A DNA stretch of 64,000 nucleotides from the human T2T-CHM13v2.0 reference genome, Homo sapiens. The notes below the pieces were generated by a model. It was not told the origin of the DNA, ran no database searches, and saw only the letters and a list, made by a program, of their open reading frames with translations. Each line of letters starts with the position of its first letter. Within the stretch, counting starts at the first letter, position 1. The translations under genes and the position numbers were made by a program. Shown here in pieces: positions 28,250 through 45,313 of the stretch. Where the stretch lies: NCBI RefSeq assembly GCF_009914755.1, contig NC_060931.1. One strand, 5' to 3'.

Positions 28250-28509
28250 TTAATATCAGGAGGAAGCGTTATATGTTTTATTTAAAGGTTGTTGATTTAT
28301 GAACTTTGTACCTGTCTATTAAGAGTCTGGTTCTTGCATGGTTAATGTGTGAAGTTTTAAAATTTGTGCTTCTCATGTTTAAAGCATGATACCCAGCAAG
28401 GCTTCTGACACCAGACCTTTCCCATATTCCATTTCATAGAGCATTTCATAGAAAATGTTTCATAGAACATGTCATAGATATGTTCTTTTCGTAGAACAGT
28501 TATGTATTC

Positions 28510-28585
28510 TTTCCTTCATCAAACATGGATTGAACACCTATTGTGTGCCAGGTATAGTGATGGGTTCTGGATGAACAAAACGGGT
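28510..28585 (-). mobile_element. L2 3' end fragment
   Basis: TTGAACACCTATTGTGTGCCAGG. Confidence 0.6.
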
Positions 28586-31264
28586 TTTCTTTAGTTCTTT
28601 GTAAGTCTTTGACCCCATGGAATTAACCGCATAGTTAATTCCACAGGCATCCTTGGTAACATAGCCCCCTCTGGTAACGTAGCAGACCACAGAGTGACAG
28701 GTGGAGGGGACCGAATAGTGAGACAGTCACCTGGGATTCTATGATTCCACGCCCCTGATGCTTTGGGCTGGGGGAGTTGGCTGCTGTCATTTGTGAGGTA
28801 GAGTCGCAACCTGGTACAGCACTAAGAATCCATTTCCTTCTTCTCAGTGACTCACTTCCCACCATCTCCAATTGCTCTCTGGTCATAGTTACTATGTTGT
28901 TGTTTGCCAGCAGAAACAGCCATGTTGTTGTTTGCCAGTTTGGGGCTTTCTGTCAACCTGAAAGACTTCCTTCTCTCCAGCCAGTTTGGTCTTGCAGATT
29001 TTGTTGTGAGGCCAACAACCAGGCTGTGAACTGCCTAAGCCCAGCCAGCCCTTCTTTGAAAAGCCCTGTGGAACTAGGTCATCAGGTTGTTGGATGGTTC
29101 TTACACAGACTGTGCTGTGCTGCAACTTTTAATGTGCACTGTCTATGGAATACCAAACTTGTTTCCAAACTAAATAGTTTCCAATGAGGATTTAATGGGA
29201 GTTTTTCATTTGAAATGGATTGAAAACAAGCCATTTCCTACTCCCATTTCAAGCAAATTTTGGTCCAATTATTTTCCTTTTTTTAACATAAAGTTAAATG
29301 GACTATTCTGCCCATCCCTGACTGAGCTGAACCATGATTTCTCTTGATTATGCTTTTACACTGCGAATCGCGAGGCTCCAGAGACATAATGGGCGTCTGT
29401 GGGAGAGTGGCAGCAATTTTTAAAATCCTGCCAGTGCTTGTCAGCTTCCACTCTGGTGTCTGCTGTGCGGGAAGAAAGCACCCCACCAAAAGAAAAAAAG
29501 TCTGCCAACAAAACCAGCGCTGCCCGCCTGTTCTGTGGGGGTTGGCACAGGGATGGGCTCCTCTCTGCAAACCTATGTAGGGCATATTCTCAGCCACTGA
29601 GGAAGCCCGGTTTCCACTCATCCAGCCCTACTCCTCCCACTGTTTTCCAGCCATTAGCTTTTTGTGGTGTTGAAGGTTTCTTTCTCCCTTTTTTTTCCTT
29701 GCCTCAATTTTTCTTGGTTTCACTTAGACCATAGCCTCAGGGAAAAGGAGCTCTTGGCACCCTGCCTTCCACTTGGTCCTTTACCTTCAGCAGCCCAGCA
29801 AAATGGAAAATAAGTGTCTCATAGTCCTTCTTGGGTGGTAGGTTATTTGTTGTTGTGATATTGTTGGTGGAGGTGGTGGTCATTCTCTTGGATTTGCAGA
29901 AGTTTACAGAAAACTCGGGAGAAGAAAAGGCTTCTTGCTACCATCCTCTCTCTTTGGGAAGGGCAGCTACCCCCCTAGCAGATATGTGGGGAGCCTACTG
30001 GGCAATGCCTTGTAATGGGAACAGCCTCTTTGCTCTCTTACCCAGCAGTGCCAAGAATTTCACTAGGCCCACTGAAGAAGAAACACCCTTCACCCCAGCT
30101 ACCATTGTAGCTGCCCTACCATTGTGTGCAGCCCGGGGGAAGCACACAGTCGTCTCTGGGTTTCTGGTGAAAGTCCATTGTGCCTGCTCAGGGCTCCTTG
30201 GTGCAGGAGCAGTCAAGCCTTCCTGGAGGTTGAAGATCACGTGCTGTGTTTGGTGGCTCCCCACTTGGGTTTCCATCAATTCATGGTATTGGTTTGGGAG
30301 GTGCTCACATCCTCCTGCAAGTACCCTGTAGTGAGGCTTACTCTGAGGATGCAGCTACATCTCAAAACATGACTCCACCTCTTCCTGCAAAATCCTGACT
30401 GGTACAACTGCCAGCACATCCCTTTGACCTTGAGAAGGGTAAAGCACAGAGGTGGTAGGTGACTTCATTAGCATGACAGAACGTCAGAGTTGATTAGCAC
30501 TCAGGAAAGGTTGTCTAATGCCAGCCTCTGCCTTTGTAAATGTCTTCAGCATCACCAGGGAGGGGTTGATCTGGTCTCTGCCTGAACTTGTGCTGGAAAA
30601 CAGTTCTGAGCAGGCACCCCATGGAAACCTCTAATTCATGCAAAAGTCCCCCCCTATGAAGTGAAGTCTGTTTCTGTTGCTTTTTCCCACTGGTGCTACC
30701 CCTTCCTGAGTCCACGAAATCTAAATCCAGTCCCCTTTCTACCTCTTATCCCTCCAGGCATTTGAAAGCAGGTACTTATTCCTAGCTAAGCTTTCCTTCT
30801 CTAGGCCTGCTTTCAGGTCTTTCAGCCATCCCTCCTATTGCTTGGTTTCCCAGCCCTGCATCCTTCTAATTGCCTTCTTCTAGACATGTTCTGATTTGTT
30901 GTTCTGTTTGTTCTGAGCTCTGAGGTACCCAGAATGAGGTGAGAGACTGTCACAGCCCTTGACAGAGACCCATGCCACCTTTTAGTGAAATTGGCTGTTT
31001 CGATAGCCTTAAAAGGGTCGTTCATTTATTTCAAGTTTAATCGAGTCATTCTTCACATACATAACTGCTCACCTTATCTGCTCCACGTATATGTGTGATT
31101 TGTCATTACTGAACCTATGTGCAAACCACATTTATTCCTAAAGATCATCTTATCAGGATAAGAAGGAACATATTCATTTCTTTAGTCTGCAAAGATATGT
31201 TGGATCTGTGTTTTATGATCCAATATACTGCTATTTCCAGCTTCACATCATATGCAAATTCAGC

Positions 31265-31560
31265 TCAACCACTGTGTGCCAGACATTGTGCTGAACCTGG
31301 GGATACAGCAGGAAATCAGACAGCACAGTTGCTTCCCTCACAATTTATTGGGAGGGACAGACAATTGACTGTGCTTTTCCAATCCAGGGTGACAGCACAA
31401 AAGAGGGGAACTGCAGAAGCGTAGAGGAAAGGTGCTTCACAGACTCAGGCTTTCTAGGAAATGTGATATTGTGAGAAGTTGGCCAAGGAAAGAGCTAGGG
31501 ATTAAAGTTTGAGGTAGGCAGAACTACATATGCAGTGTTTGAAAGGTGACAAAAAGCACG
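31265..31560 (-). mobile_element. L2 fragment
   Basis: CTGTGTGCCAGACATTGTGCTGAACCTGGGGATACAGCAG. Confidence 0.65.
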
Positions 31561-31599
31561 GTGTCTTCAACAGCTTATCACCAGGTAATGCTCCTGATC

Positions 31600-31940
31600 C
31601 TCATCAGTGGCTGATGTGAATGTGGAACCTAATAGGATGAAAGAAATTACCATTAGAGGCCTTCATCATCTGCCTTCGGGCACATCAAACATTTATGAAC
31701 TCACCTAATTGTATTTTTGTCACAGCCACGTTTCTCTGCCTTGACCACTTGAATTGCATGTGAAATGTATTTATGTCTCACTGAATACAGACCTGTTCTG
31801 TCTATGTCATTGCTCAAGTTTACCAATCTAAAAAAAAAAGACTTGTTCTTATGACTTGTTCTTCATAACCCAGGTTGGCTTTGAGTGATCCTAAAAGCTT
31901 CCTTCCTTCCTGAGAGTTCACTAGCTCTCTTCCTAATAAT
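31600..31940. mobile_element. Probable L3/CR1 fragment
   Basis: GACTTGTTCTTCATAACCCAGGTTGGCT resembles the recalled CR1/L3 consensus; highly diverged. Confidence 0.4.
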
Positions 31941-32319
31941 CTGTTTTATTTTCCAAGTCATTGGTTAACGTAGTAGGTTAGTGGCAGAGTTGCACCTAGA
32001 CCCCAAGTATCTGAACTCCTAGTCTAGACATCTTTCCTTTCTATTGCTCTGCTCCCCCTTGGCTCATCTTTCCAGAGCAGAGACACTACACAAGGTTTTT
32101 TTAAGAGCAGCTGGTCAGTCCCTGCATCCAATGTAGGAGGCAGCAAGCAAGGCTAGCAGTTACGCCAGGGAGAATGCAAAGTGGGGTGTCCTCTTTCCAG
32201 GCACTGGTGCAGGCCAGCTACATGGCATTTCATCTCCTTAGCAGGCCTCTGGGGTAAACTTTATGTGTTAAACTTTATGGTTAACAGAGCCCCCTGCTAT
32301 TCATTGTCTCCTTTATTTA

Positions 32320-32470
32320 TCAACCAGCCCCATGAAGTCAGTGGGGAAATATTCTTGTTCCCATTTAGCAGATGGGGCTCAAAGAGTAGAAGAGACGTGC
32401 CCAGAGGCACACAGTTATACTGAGTAGCTGAGCCAGGTGTCTTAAATCCAGGTTGTCTGACTTCTGGTGC
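32320..32470 (-). mobile_element. MIR
   Basis: CCCATTTAGCAGATGGGG...GCCCAGAGGCACACAG...AAATCCAGGTTGTCTGACT. Confidence 0.65.
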
Positions 32471-32873
32471 CCCAAGCTGACTTCAGATTTCTTTTCTTCT
32501 TATATCAATGATGGCATCAACTCCCTGACCTCCCCCTTCTCCAGAATGTTGCCTGGGTGATTGGGTAAGAGGATATAAATAGTAAGTGAAAAAAATAGAT
32601 TCAGTTCCAAGCACTAAGGGGCTGAGACAACTAGACACTGTGGCAGTGCTACAGACCTTTAGATCATTTTTCTGACACTCTCTAGCTAAAAAGGAACATG
32701 GACAAGTGACACCCAAAAGTCCCTAGGCTTAAACCAACTGTCTTGTGGAAATATAATATAAGTATGAGCTATTCTGAGCAGGATGACAGGATTGGAATTC
32801 AGTAAAGTTTTAGATGGACTTTGAGATCCAAATAAGGGAGGAGTATTATAAAGAGCTCTATAAAAATGGTTTA

Positions 32874-33218
<345 letters not shown>

Positions 33219-35509
33219 CTAGCAGAGAGAGGGACTCAGACACACACACCTAAGTTGTTGCTCCAGCCTAAGCTGGCCCACCACTACCTGACTGCAGTTT
33301 GTTGCCTGTCCCGTCATGCTTGCCTTCAAAATGCCTTTGGATTGTTCACAAGCTCAGGAGCCATGGGCCTCCTCCTGTTGAGGGGTGTTTATTGTCTAAA
33401 TCCCTTACATGTGAATTAAAAATAGGCAAAGGTAAAAAGGCAGGAGTTTTCTAACAGGTATGGGAGTGCTGTAGTAGGCCAGTGGCAAAGACTATCGCCA
33501 TTTTCTTTGCCTGGGACTTGTTGAGTCTTTGAAGTCTACCTGAATTCCAGAGTCTAGGGCTTCTTGATTCCTTAGCAAGAGCAAAGGGATGTGTACCCTC
33601 TCTTTCAGGCTTTGGTGAATTAGACCTTGAGACTTCATAATTAAAATGGATTTAATAGAGGCAGGGAAGCTGGGATGTCTGCCCCAGTAAGCAGGCATCT
33701 TCTGTCAGAAGGAGAATGTGTCCTTTGTATTTAAACGGTTTCTCCAAAAGGCTCTAAATGAGATTTGGGACTTAAACAAGATTTGGTGTGATTTGCTAAT
33801 TACCCAAGTTACTATTACCTGATTAACACAGGAATCCTCATAGTCTGTTGCAGTGCCTTTCTTCCGGGTGCCAGGAGGCTTGACATCTGTCACCTGTTCA
33901 CTTGGAGGCATTTTAAGTAACCCAAATTATGTATGTCTTTTCTGCTTTAGGATTTGGTGCCTGATTTTTACATTTAAAAGTTAATAACTACCTAAAGGAG
34001 GTTTGCTGCCAAAATACAAGAGTGAAAACTGACAAATCTGTTTGTTGCTGACAGTGAGGTGGAGATCTTGGTTTATTCATTCCAACTAGTTAGGCCGAGA
34101 AATGATACACAGGACAGTACAGAGCTCTTCCTGGTGACCATCACAGGCATCAGGAATAAATCCCCTCAAATCTCACTTTGCCCCACCAACCTTAATTGAG
34201 GCCTCCGCTTGAGCAGTGACAGAACTGGAAGGGTTGGAACCAGAAAAGCTAAGTGTCTTTCTCAAAATCACACAGGCCTGCAGTTAGGATTTGTCTTTCG
34301 TTGTTTTTTATTTTCAAGATAATAAAAGGTTTCCACTTTGACCACCAGGAGACCATGCTGACTTTCATTTCAGAGATGGGGCTTCAGTGTGATAAAGTGA
34401 TCTAGGTTAGAGTCTTAGCAGGTTTCCCTTGAGATCTGAATGGCTGCGGGGTGTGCTGGGGGCTCTGTACAGCAGCTGTTAACAGTTTTCTCCTTCCCAT
34501 GAAGACGGCTTATTTACCTGGGTCTCAGTTCTGAAGATTGTTTCCAGGTATGCTGTGTACTGAAGGGACTGAGCGTGATCCAAGGAGCCTGGGACCTATG
34601 TACTTGGTGACCAGACTCTCCTCTCCAAAAGCAGGGACCCAGGGGACCTCATCCAGCATCCTGAGAAGCCTCGCTTTGGACAGGCCTGAAATTTCCCTTC
34701 CTTCATCCTAGCTCTTTCATCCAAGACAGTGATTCGGGAAACAGTATTTCAAAATTGAAATTCAGGCCTTGAATTTCAAGTCTGGAAGAACTGTCCAAAT
34801 CATCGGTAGGAAGAGCTTGGAAGAAAGGGAAAGTCCCACTGTAATGCTAAAAGAGAGCCACCCAGCCAGGGATGGTCTGCATCCAGACCAGAGCGCAGGT
34901 CAAAGGGAAAGCCGAGAGCAGTTCCCTAAGTTCTGGCATGGCTTTTGGACGCAAAGCAGCTGGGCTGCGGGCATGCTGTAAGGACAGAGGACCCTTTAGG
35001 GTTCCATCTCTTCGGAGAGAAAGTCCCTGCTGTTCCAGTTCACTGAGTGTTTAAGAGGAAATAACGGCCTGAGGCATAAGCCACTCACCCATATAAAGTG
35101 AATACTTCCTCAAGGGCACAAAGAGACCACTTGGTAAATGACTTCACCCACCTGCTTTAGATGGTGCTCCAGTGCACTGAGAATGTTAACCTCATTCACC
35201 CTTCTGTGGATGAGCAGATTATTCCTAGAAAATGGTCCGTTCATGTTTGACCAGGCATAGCCCCACTGTGAATGACAAAGTCTTTTTTGACCTCCCACGA
35301 TCTTTCTCCCTTTCTGTCTCAGCCAAGCCTTTTCTTCTGGAAGGAGCTACTCTCTTTTGGCTAGACGATCATTCAGAGGAGTCACCTCTGTCCCTCCCCC
35401 TACTGATACATCTCAGGGTCTCAGAGCCGTTTATGTTCCCATTTTTGCATCTTGACATAGGGATGCAAAGATGGGAACATCAAGCATCAGTTCTTCCGAG
35501 CCTTCATAG

Positions 35510-35660
35510 AAGGAGTGGGGGGAGTGGGTAGACATGGAGATGAAACAAGACTGGCCATGGACTGATCATTGTGTAAGTCTGGAAATGGTTGCACAGGAGT
35601 TAATTTAACTACTTTGTTTACTTTCATATTGGTTTGAAATTTCCCATAACAATAAGCTAA
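35510..35660 (+). mobile_element. Old L1M 3' UTR end
   Basis: GATGAAACAAGACTGGCCATG...TTTGAAATTTCCCATAA. A homologous fragment lies at 54830-55035. Confidence 0.65.
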
Positions 35661-35809
35661 AAACAGATAGTAAGGGATCTCAAGTGTCTTGGGCAGTGGT
35701 TTTCCCATTGCCACAATATATGTGGTGAATGGGCATTATCTGCTTGGAAAATTAACAAAATTAAAATTTACATATAGATCAGTGAAAACACTGCTACAGA
35801 GTTAACTTA

Positions 35810-36113
<304 letters not shown>

Positions 36114-36151
36114 ATTTAATATAATATGTGTTCATTATAAAAATCATTCAG

Positions 36152-36511
<360 letters not shown>

Positions 36512-36639
36512 TTATGTGGGCATTACCCACAGATGTGCATGCCTGTGCAGCTTAATTTTAGATTTTGTTTTCTTTTGCTTTGTTGTTTTGTGTGTTTGAT
36601 TTCTTTTCAAATCAGATTTATGTTTCTTACCAGCTCGTT

Positions 36640-39030
<2,391 letters not shown>

Positions 39031-39199
39031 ATTTTAGGAATTAAAACTCATCCAAAGTCATGCCAAAGATCAGTGATTATACTTATGATATCAATGAGGA
39101 GACAAAAGAGGCAACTTTTGGAATTTTAAATGAGCCTTACAGAGGCAAAGGGAAGAATGGGTGACTGCATTAGCAAAGAAGTAAAAATACCACTCTACA

Positions 39200-39365
39200 G
39201 CCAGACATGGTGGCTCTCACCTGTAATCCCAAAGCTTTGGGGCACCAAAGCAGGAGAATCACTTGAAACCAGGAGTTCAAGGTTACAGTGAGCTATGATC
39301 ATGCCATTGCATTTCAGCCTGGGCAACAGAGTAAGATCCTATCTCTTAAAAAATTTTTTAAAAAG
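39200..39365 (+). mobile_element. Alu monomer (FRAM-like or left/right recombinant)
   Basis: Single monomer ending GGGCAACAGAGTAAGATCCTATCTC plus A tail. Confidence 0.8.
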
Positions 39366-40249
39366 CCACTTCGCATTGACTCAGGTTTCACAGTGCTCCT
39401 CTTAGTGGGTGGTTATTTCAGCAACCTGACCAGAACAGACAAGATAAGCCCTGAAACAACACGAAGGAGCCCTGAGTAGGAAAAGGTAGACACCACACAC
39501 TCTCCAGGCTCATTTATGTAACCCACTGGAAGATCTCTGGTCTATACAGAACCTCATCTTCATGTCTACCTATTGTTTTAAAAAGCATTGGCACTTGGTT
39601 TTCTAGCTTGTTGATGGTTTTGTTTTGTTTTTGCAGCTATACTTTAGGAAAGGTGTTAGAGAAGAGACGAAGTAGGACTTGAACATAAAGGATGCCAAAA
39701 AGTGAAAGGACAGTAGCTGATAGTGAGGGGGCATATTGGAAATGCATTTAAATATCCCATGTATATTTCCTGGACACCTACAGGGACAAATCTTATGCTC
39801 AAGAATTTAAAAGCACCACTGGTAGGTCAGTGGAAGGCAACTCCCCAGACTTGATAAGGTCTGAGGACATTGGCTGAGCAAGCCAAGACTCCAGTGACGC
39901 CATCCATTTCTTTTGTGGCTGATGAATCAGATTCAAGTACAATGCTTTATAATTATCCCTATGAAATTCTAGCATGTTAGTGTCGACCCATTATTCTAGT
40001 CCTTCGGCACCTCTTTGGATTCTGATTCTGGTTTTATGAGTTGAAGATTAATAACTAAGCTTTGAAGGATGGGGGGATTGCCAAAAAAAATAAGCTGAAC
40101 AGTGCTTTTTTTGTGATAATCCTGTGTCCTCAAAGAAGTTAAGCCCCATTTGCTGCAGAAAGAACTCATTAGCTCCTGTAGCTTCTAAGGAGGATCCTCA
40201 TCAAAGAATCTTTTTTAAAATAAGTATGTAATAATAAAATAAAACCCAC

Positions 40250-41530
40250 CATCTAGCCAGGCTTCTTGCTATTGGAGTGGGAATTTACAGATAAACTAGG
40301 GAGGAGGCTACACTGATGCATGTGGTAATGGGTTAGAGTTAAAAATATCAGTATGAGCTCATGTTTAGCTTAACATAGATACAAATAGTCACATATAGAA
40401 ATCTTTACAGATCTGTGCATATAAAAGGGTTAGTACCCATATGTATTTCTGTGCCCTGACAACTGAGATGGCCTGAAAGAAACGGACACCCCAGTGTCAA
40501 CAAGCACACCTTCATCTAGATCTTGGTTCCTATTACCATTCTCCAATAAAAAGAACTAGGACTCCTGAGTGAAATGGTTGCTTCTGGAACTCAGGCAGGA
40601 ATATACAAGATGAACCTGGAGTATGTTATGGTGCCAGAAAGTAAGGAAGTCCTAAAACAAAAAACAAAACTCACACTGATAGGGGAACATCAAAGAAACA
40701 CAGAGGCCAACTGAAAGAGCTAATGGCCACTCCTGGATAATTAGAGCAAAACAATAAGGAAGCATCGGATTATAACCCAAAGTATAAAATAAATATCCAT
40801 GACTCCATACTGATAGAAATAAATAAATGGAGGAGAAGGAACAAACCTCCCACACAGAAGAATTCCAAGTAATTTACACAGATACCTCACCCTCAAGCAG
40901 GGGAAGCATAATGCCCCACTCCCTCAATGTGAGTTCCAGGTAGTGGCTCCTTCCCAAAGAGTAGTAGGGGAGGGGGAGGGGAGTCCATTGACAGTGGAGA
41001 GACCTTCAACCTGGTGACCAAGGACAATATCAGTAGTCACAAATCACATTAATAGAACAGACCATTGATACAATGTGAAAACAATGGCATTTCACCTCTG
41101 TAGTCTTCCTCCCAAAAACCTCTCAACCCAGTCTTAATCATGAGAAAAGCATCAGACAAGTTTCAGTAGGGGGGCATTCCTATAGAATAGCTCAATATTC
41201 CTAAAAAATGTCAAGGTCACCAAAAACAAGGAAATTTGAAGAAACTGCCAAAAGAACCCTAGGAAACATGACAACTAAATGTAATGGGCCACCCTAGATG
41301 GGATCCTGGGACAGAGCAAAGATACTAAGTACAAATTAAGGAAATCTAAATAAACTATGGACTGAAGTTAGTAGTGCTATGTTAGTATTGGTTCATTACT
41401 TCTAACACACATGACATACTAATGTAAGATTTAGTAATAGGGGACACTGGATATGAAGTATATGGGAATGCTCTTTGCTATCTTCTCAATTTCTCTGGAA
41501 GTCTAAAATTGTTCTTAAAAAGAAAGCCTA
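40250..41530 (+). mobile_element. L1MC-type 3' UTR fragment
   Basis: CTCCAATAAAAAGAACTAGG, GGATTATAACCCAAAGTATAAAATAAATATCCATGA, and terminal CTCTTTGCTATCTTCTCAATTTCTCTGGAAGTCTAAAATTGTTCT. Confidence 0.85.
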
Positions 41531-41739
41531 TTTAAAGGGAAAACCACCATCACTACCAATTTTGATAACCTTGAAGGGTTAGCATCAATTATCTGGAAAA
41601 TTTATTTGTGAGAAAACCTTATTCCTTTATGATCATTGATAAGTGAAGCATTGCTGAATTATCTCTGCCTCTCTGAGCAAGTTAATACTATATTTTTAAG
41701 AGAAGAGGAGAAGAGAGGGGAGGGAGTAGGGAAAAGAGT

Positions 41740-41785
41740 ATGTGTATCTTTGTGTGTGTATGTGCGTGTGCATGTGCGTGTGTGT
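41740..41785. repeat. Imperfect (TG)n microsatellite
   Basis: TGTGTGTGTATGTGCGTGTGCATGTGCGTGTGTGT. Confidence 0.85.
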
Positions 41786-43406
41786 TTAAACAAGAGAAAA
41801 AGTGAATTCTAAATTGTTAAAACCTTGGAGTGGAACTTAATCTAATTTATACGCAGTTCCACTAGAGATGTGCAAGGATTTTTTTGTTGTTGTTAAAGAG
41901 AAAAACTAGTTTCAAGCATTATTAAGCTTTTTTCCCTCCCAGAAGCTAAGAAAACCATCTGTGAGAACCTGTTTGCATGTTTGTTTTCTACAATAAAATG
42001 CAAAATACTTCTTCCTGTTAGCGGATTATACCATATGTCTCTCCCTGTAACAAAATCAGCATGTTTATTAATGAACCCAATCAGAGGCAAAGATTTAGAA
42101 AGATTTAAGGAACTGAATTTTCCATTCAATATTTCAGCAAAAGAAACTTCTGGTTAGACATCGTTGTTGTGCTTGGAAAATAGAAGGTTTGTTTTTGCTT
42201 TGAACTCAATTTACTTGGCAGGGGACAGAGAGCAGGAAGAGAGGCCTTTGAAAATTTTCGTAAAAAAGGTCTGCATTTAGAAATGGCCCTTCCTGCCTAA
42301 TGATTCCCCTACGGATTTAGACCTACAGTTTATATGTGACTAATATTTAATTTGATCAGTTACATTTTTCCAGACAGACTAATTAAAGTGCTTGATGGCC
42401 CAGATCCCCCAAATCTGAAGCAGTAACAGGCCTGTGGGCTTCCTGGAGTAACAGGAAGTGAATGAAGTAGTTTCAGCCATATTGTCAAAGCAACCCCCAT
42501 GGTACTCATAATGGAAACATGTGAATTTTCCAGCACAAACACTTTCCTCACAGCCCTGTTGACCATCTGAATAATCAAATAGATTGGTAGCACTAGGTAT
42601 AGCATAGTGTATTAGAAAGAAATATGTCCAGCCAGACCCAGCACTGCAGTTAAAGTACTGGTGCTGTCACGAGCCAGCAGAAGGCCTGGAGCAAATGACG
42701 TACTCTCTCTAGACCCCAGCTTACTCCTCTGACAAATGAGGATATCAGCTCTGCTGTTCTCTTGTTTCTGACTTGTAGAAGAATGGACTTGTCAGCAGAG
42801 ACCGTAAGCAGTGGAAATCCCAAAAGCCAGACAGACCCTGTGCGTATTTTAGGGGATACATTCTGTTCTGGTCATTCAGCCTTCACCCAAGCCATCTTTT
42901 TTTCTATTTGGTGGCATAGACACAGCCCAGCCAACCTAATTCTCATTTTATTGCATTCATTGTTCATGTGCCACAGTTTTTTAGAAATCTTACAAGAAAA
43001 TGAAGCACCTATTACCAGGACACCACTGCAAGGGGGAAAATGACACTTGGGCACCTGGAAGGACAAAGACAGGCAGTGGAGGCATCATGGGGTTGGATTC
43101 GAGTAACCCTCTGCCTTCTTCCTGGGGTCTGTTGGCAGTGTTTTTGTGCTGTGGTCATGATACACACAGGTCTCACAAGGCAGGCAGCCAAGTGTTGACT
43201 CTGTCTTTGTAGGCAATACAGAAAACTGTCTACTTGTTCCAGTGAGCTAAATCAAGTGAGAACAGGAAAGAGGTTTGTGCAACTTTGGCAACTATAGCAG
43301 GAACCACTTTAAATGGGACAGGGCAAGTAATGCTAAATATTTGCAAGGTGATTTTTTTTTTTTTAAGACTTTAAAGGTTGTATTGGGAGACCTTGAGAAA
43401 GAGGCC

Positions 43407-43723
43407 TTTCTTTCTTTTTTTTTTTTTTTTTTTTTTTTGAGACGGAGTCTTGCTCTGTCGCCCAGGCTGGAGTGCAGTGGTGCGATTTCAGCTCACTGCA
43501 ACCTCCGCCTCCCGGGTTGAAGCAATTCTCCTGCCTCAACCCTCCCAAGTAGCTGGGATTACAGGCACGCGCCACCACACCCAACTCATTTTTTTTTGTA
43601 TTTTTAGTAGAGACGGTGTTTCACCACATTGGTCAGGCTGGTCTCAAACTCCTGACCTCATGATCCACCCACCTCGGCCTCCCAAAGTGCTGAGATTACA
43701 GGCATGAGCCACTGCACCTGGCC
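43407..43723 (-). mobile_element. Alu (AluS-type)
   Basis: Full antisense dimer. Confidence 0.95.
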
Positions 43724-44221
<498 letters not shown>

Positions 44222-44619
44222 TAAACTGCATGTCCCCAAGGGATGCTCTTTGCCCCAGGATAGTCTGGCCTCTCGGGAGATTTCTCTTACCTCCAGGGCT
44301 TTGTTTCACCAGAGAAGCCAGCCTGGAGGTAGAAGGGGAAGATACTTAGCAGCAAAATCTGCTGCCCTGTGCAGCCAGGCCAGGGGGGCAGTCAGGGGCT
44401 ATACAGGCTGAAAAGCTGTCCAGGACCCAGAGCTATGTGACTCATAAAGGCAGGCTGCCCACCCACTGAAGGTCTCCAAGTGGCAGTCCAGATGGACAGT
44501 GATCAGCTGTCACATTGGACGGTTGGCCTCCTGTGATGACAACACTGTGCCAAGGAGGCCTGGGTTGAAGCTTTGAGCACATGTTAATTGGCTTAGCTCT
44601 ATTCCACCACTGTAGAATT

Positions 44620-44810
44620 TTTTAGTTCAATTCAGCAAATATTCCCTGGGTTCCTGTTCTTTGCCAGGTAATAGAGCTGGACACTGTGAATGCAGAGATG
44701 GATAAAATATGTCCTTTAGCTGATGGAGAGAAAAACATGAGCAAATAAATGTCATTTACTATGAAAGATACTAGAGTATCTGGAAAGAACAGTGGAGACA
44801 GAGAAGGGAT
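44620..44810 (-). mobile_element. L2 fragment
   Basis: TTCAATTCAGCAAATATT...TGCCAGG...GATAAAATATGTCCT. Confidence 0.5.
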
Positions 44811-44917
44811 GGATGGCTGAAAGTGTGCGGTTAAAACAGTGCCCACCCATCTTGCCCAGACACAAACCACTCAAAACCAAGACCCTGTTGGAGGAAGCAT
44901 TCCTGTGAGTTTATTAG

Positions 44918-45150
44918 AGCAGGATTTCCTGAATTCTTCCTAGGAATGTTAAAAGATAAAATTTGAAAAAAGGATTCCAAGAGCAAATAAGTTTGGGAAA
45001 TAGTGAGTTAAAGTTAGACAGGTTGCTTTCATTGGTAGCTCATGCTTAAGTGCAGAACTTCTCAAAGCCTTGAGTATGCTGAGCACATTGTGTGATTACC
45101 CCAGGGGAGGAGATGGTATTGAGAATTTTGACTTGGGAGCCTTTTTCCAG
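44918..45150. mobile_element. MER103C-like hAT-Charlie
   Basis: CAAATAAGTTTGGGAAA...GAACTTCTCAAAGCCTTGAGTATGCTGAGCACATTGTG. Confidence 0.6.
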
Positions 45151-45313
45151 AGTTACCTCCTTGGACCTGGGACCCTCATATTCTTGGACCCTGGCACAGT
45201 GTCCTGTCTGGAGCTGAGAGTTTGCAGAGTGGCCTTCTAGTCCCAGCACTCCCACTGTGACTGAAACTGTTTGGCTTTGGGAAGTCTAACCTTCTCTGAT
45301 GTTGTTTCCTCAT

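Noticed and set aside
29831-30331. 166-aa ORF in unique sequence
   Set aside because: It starts at TTG, shows no recognisable domain or exon structure, and its length is compatible with chance.
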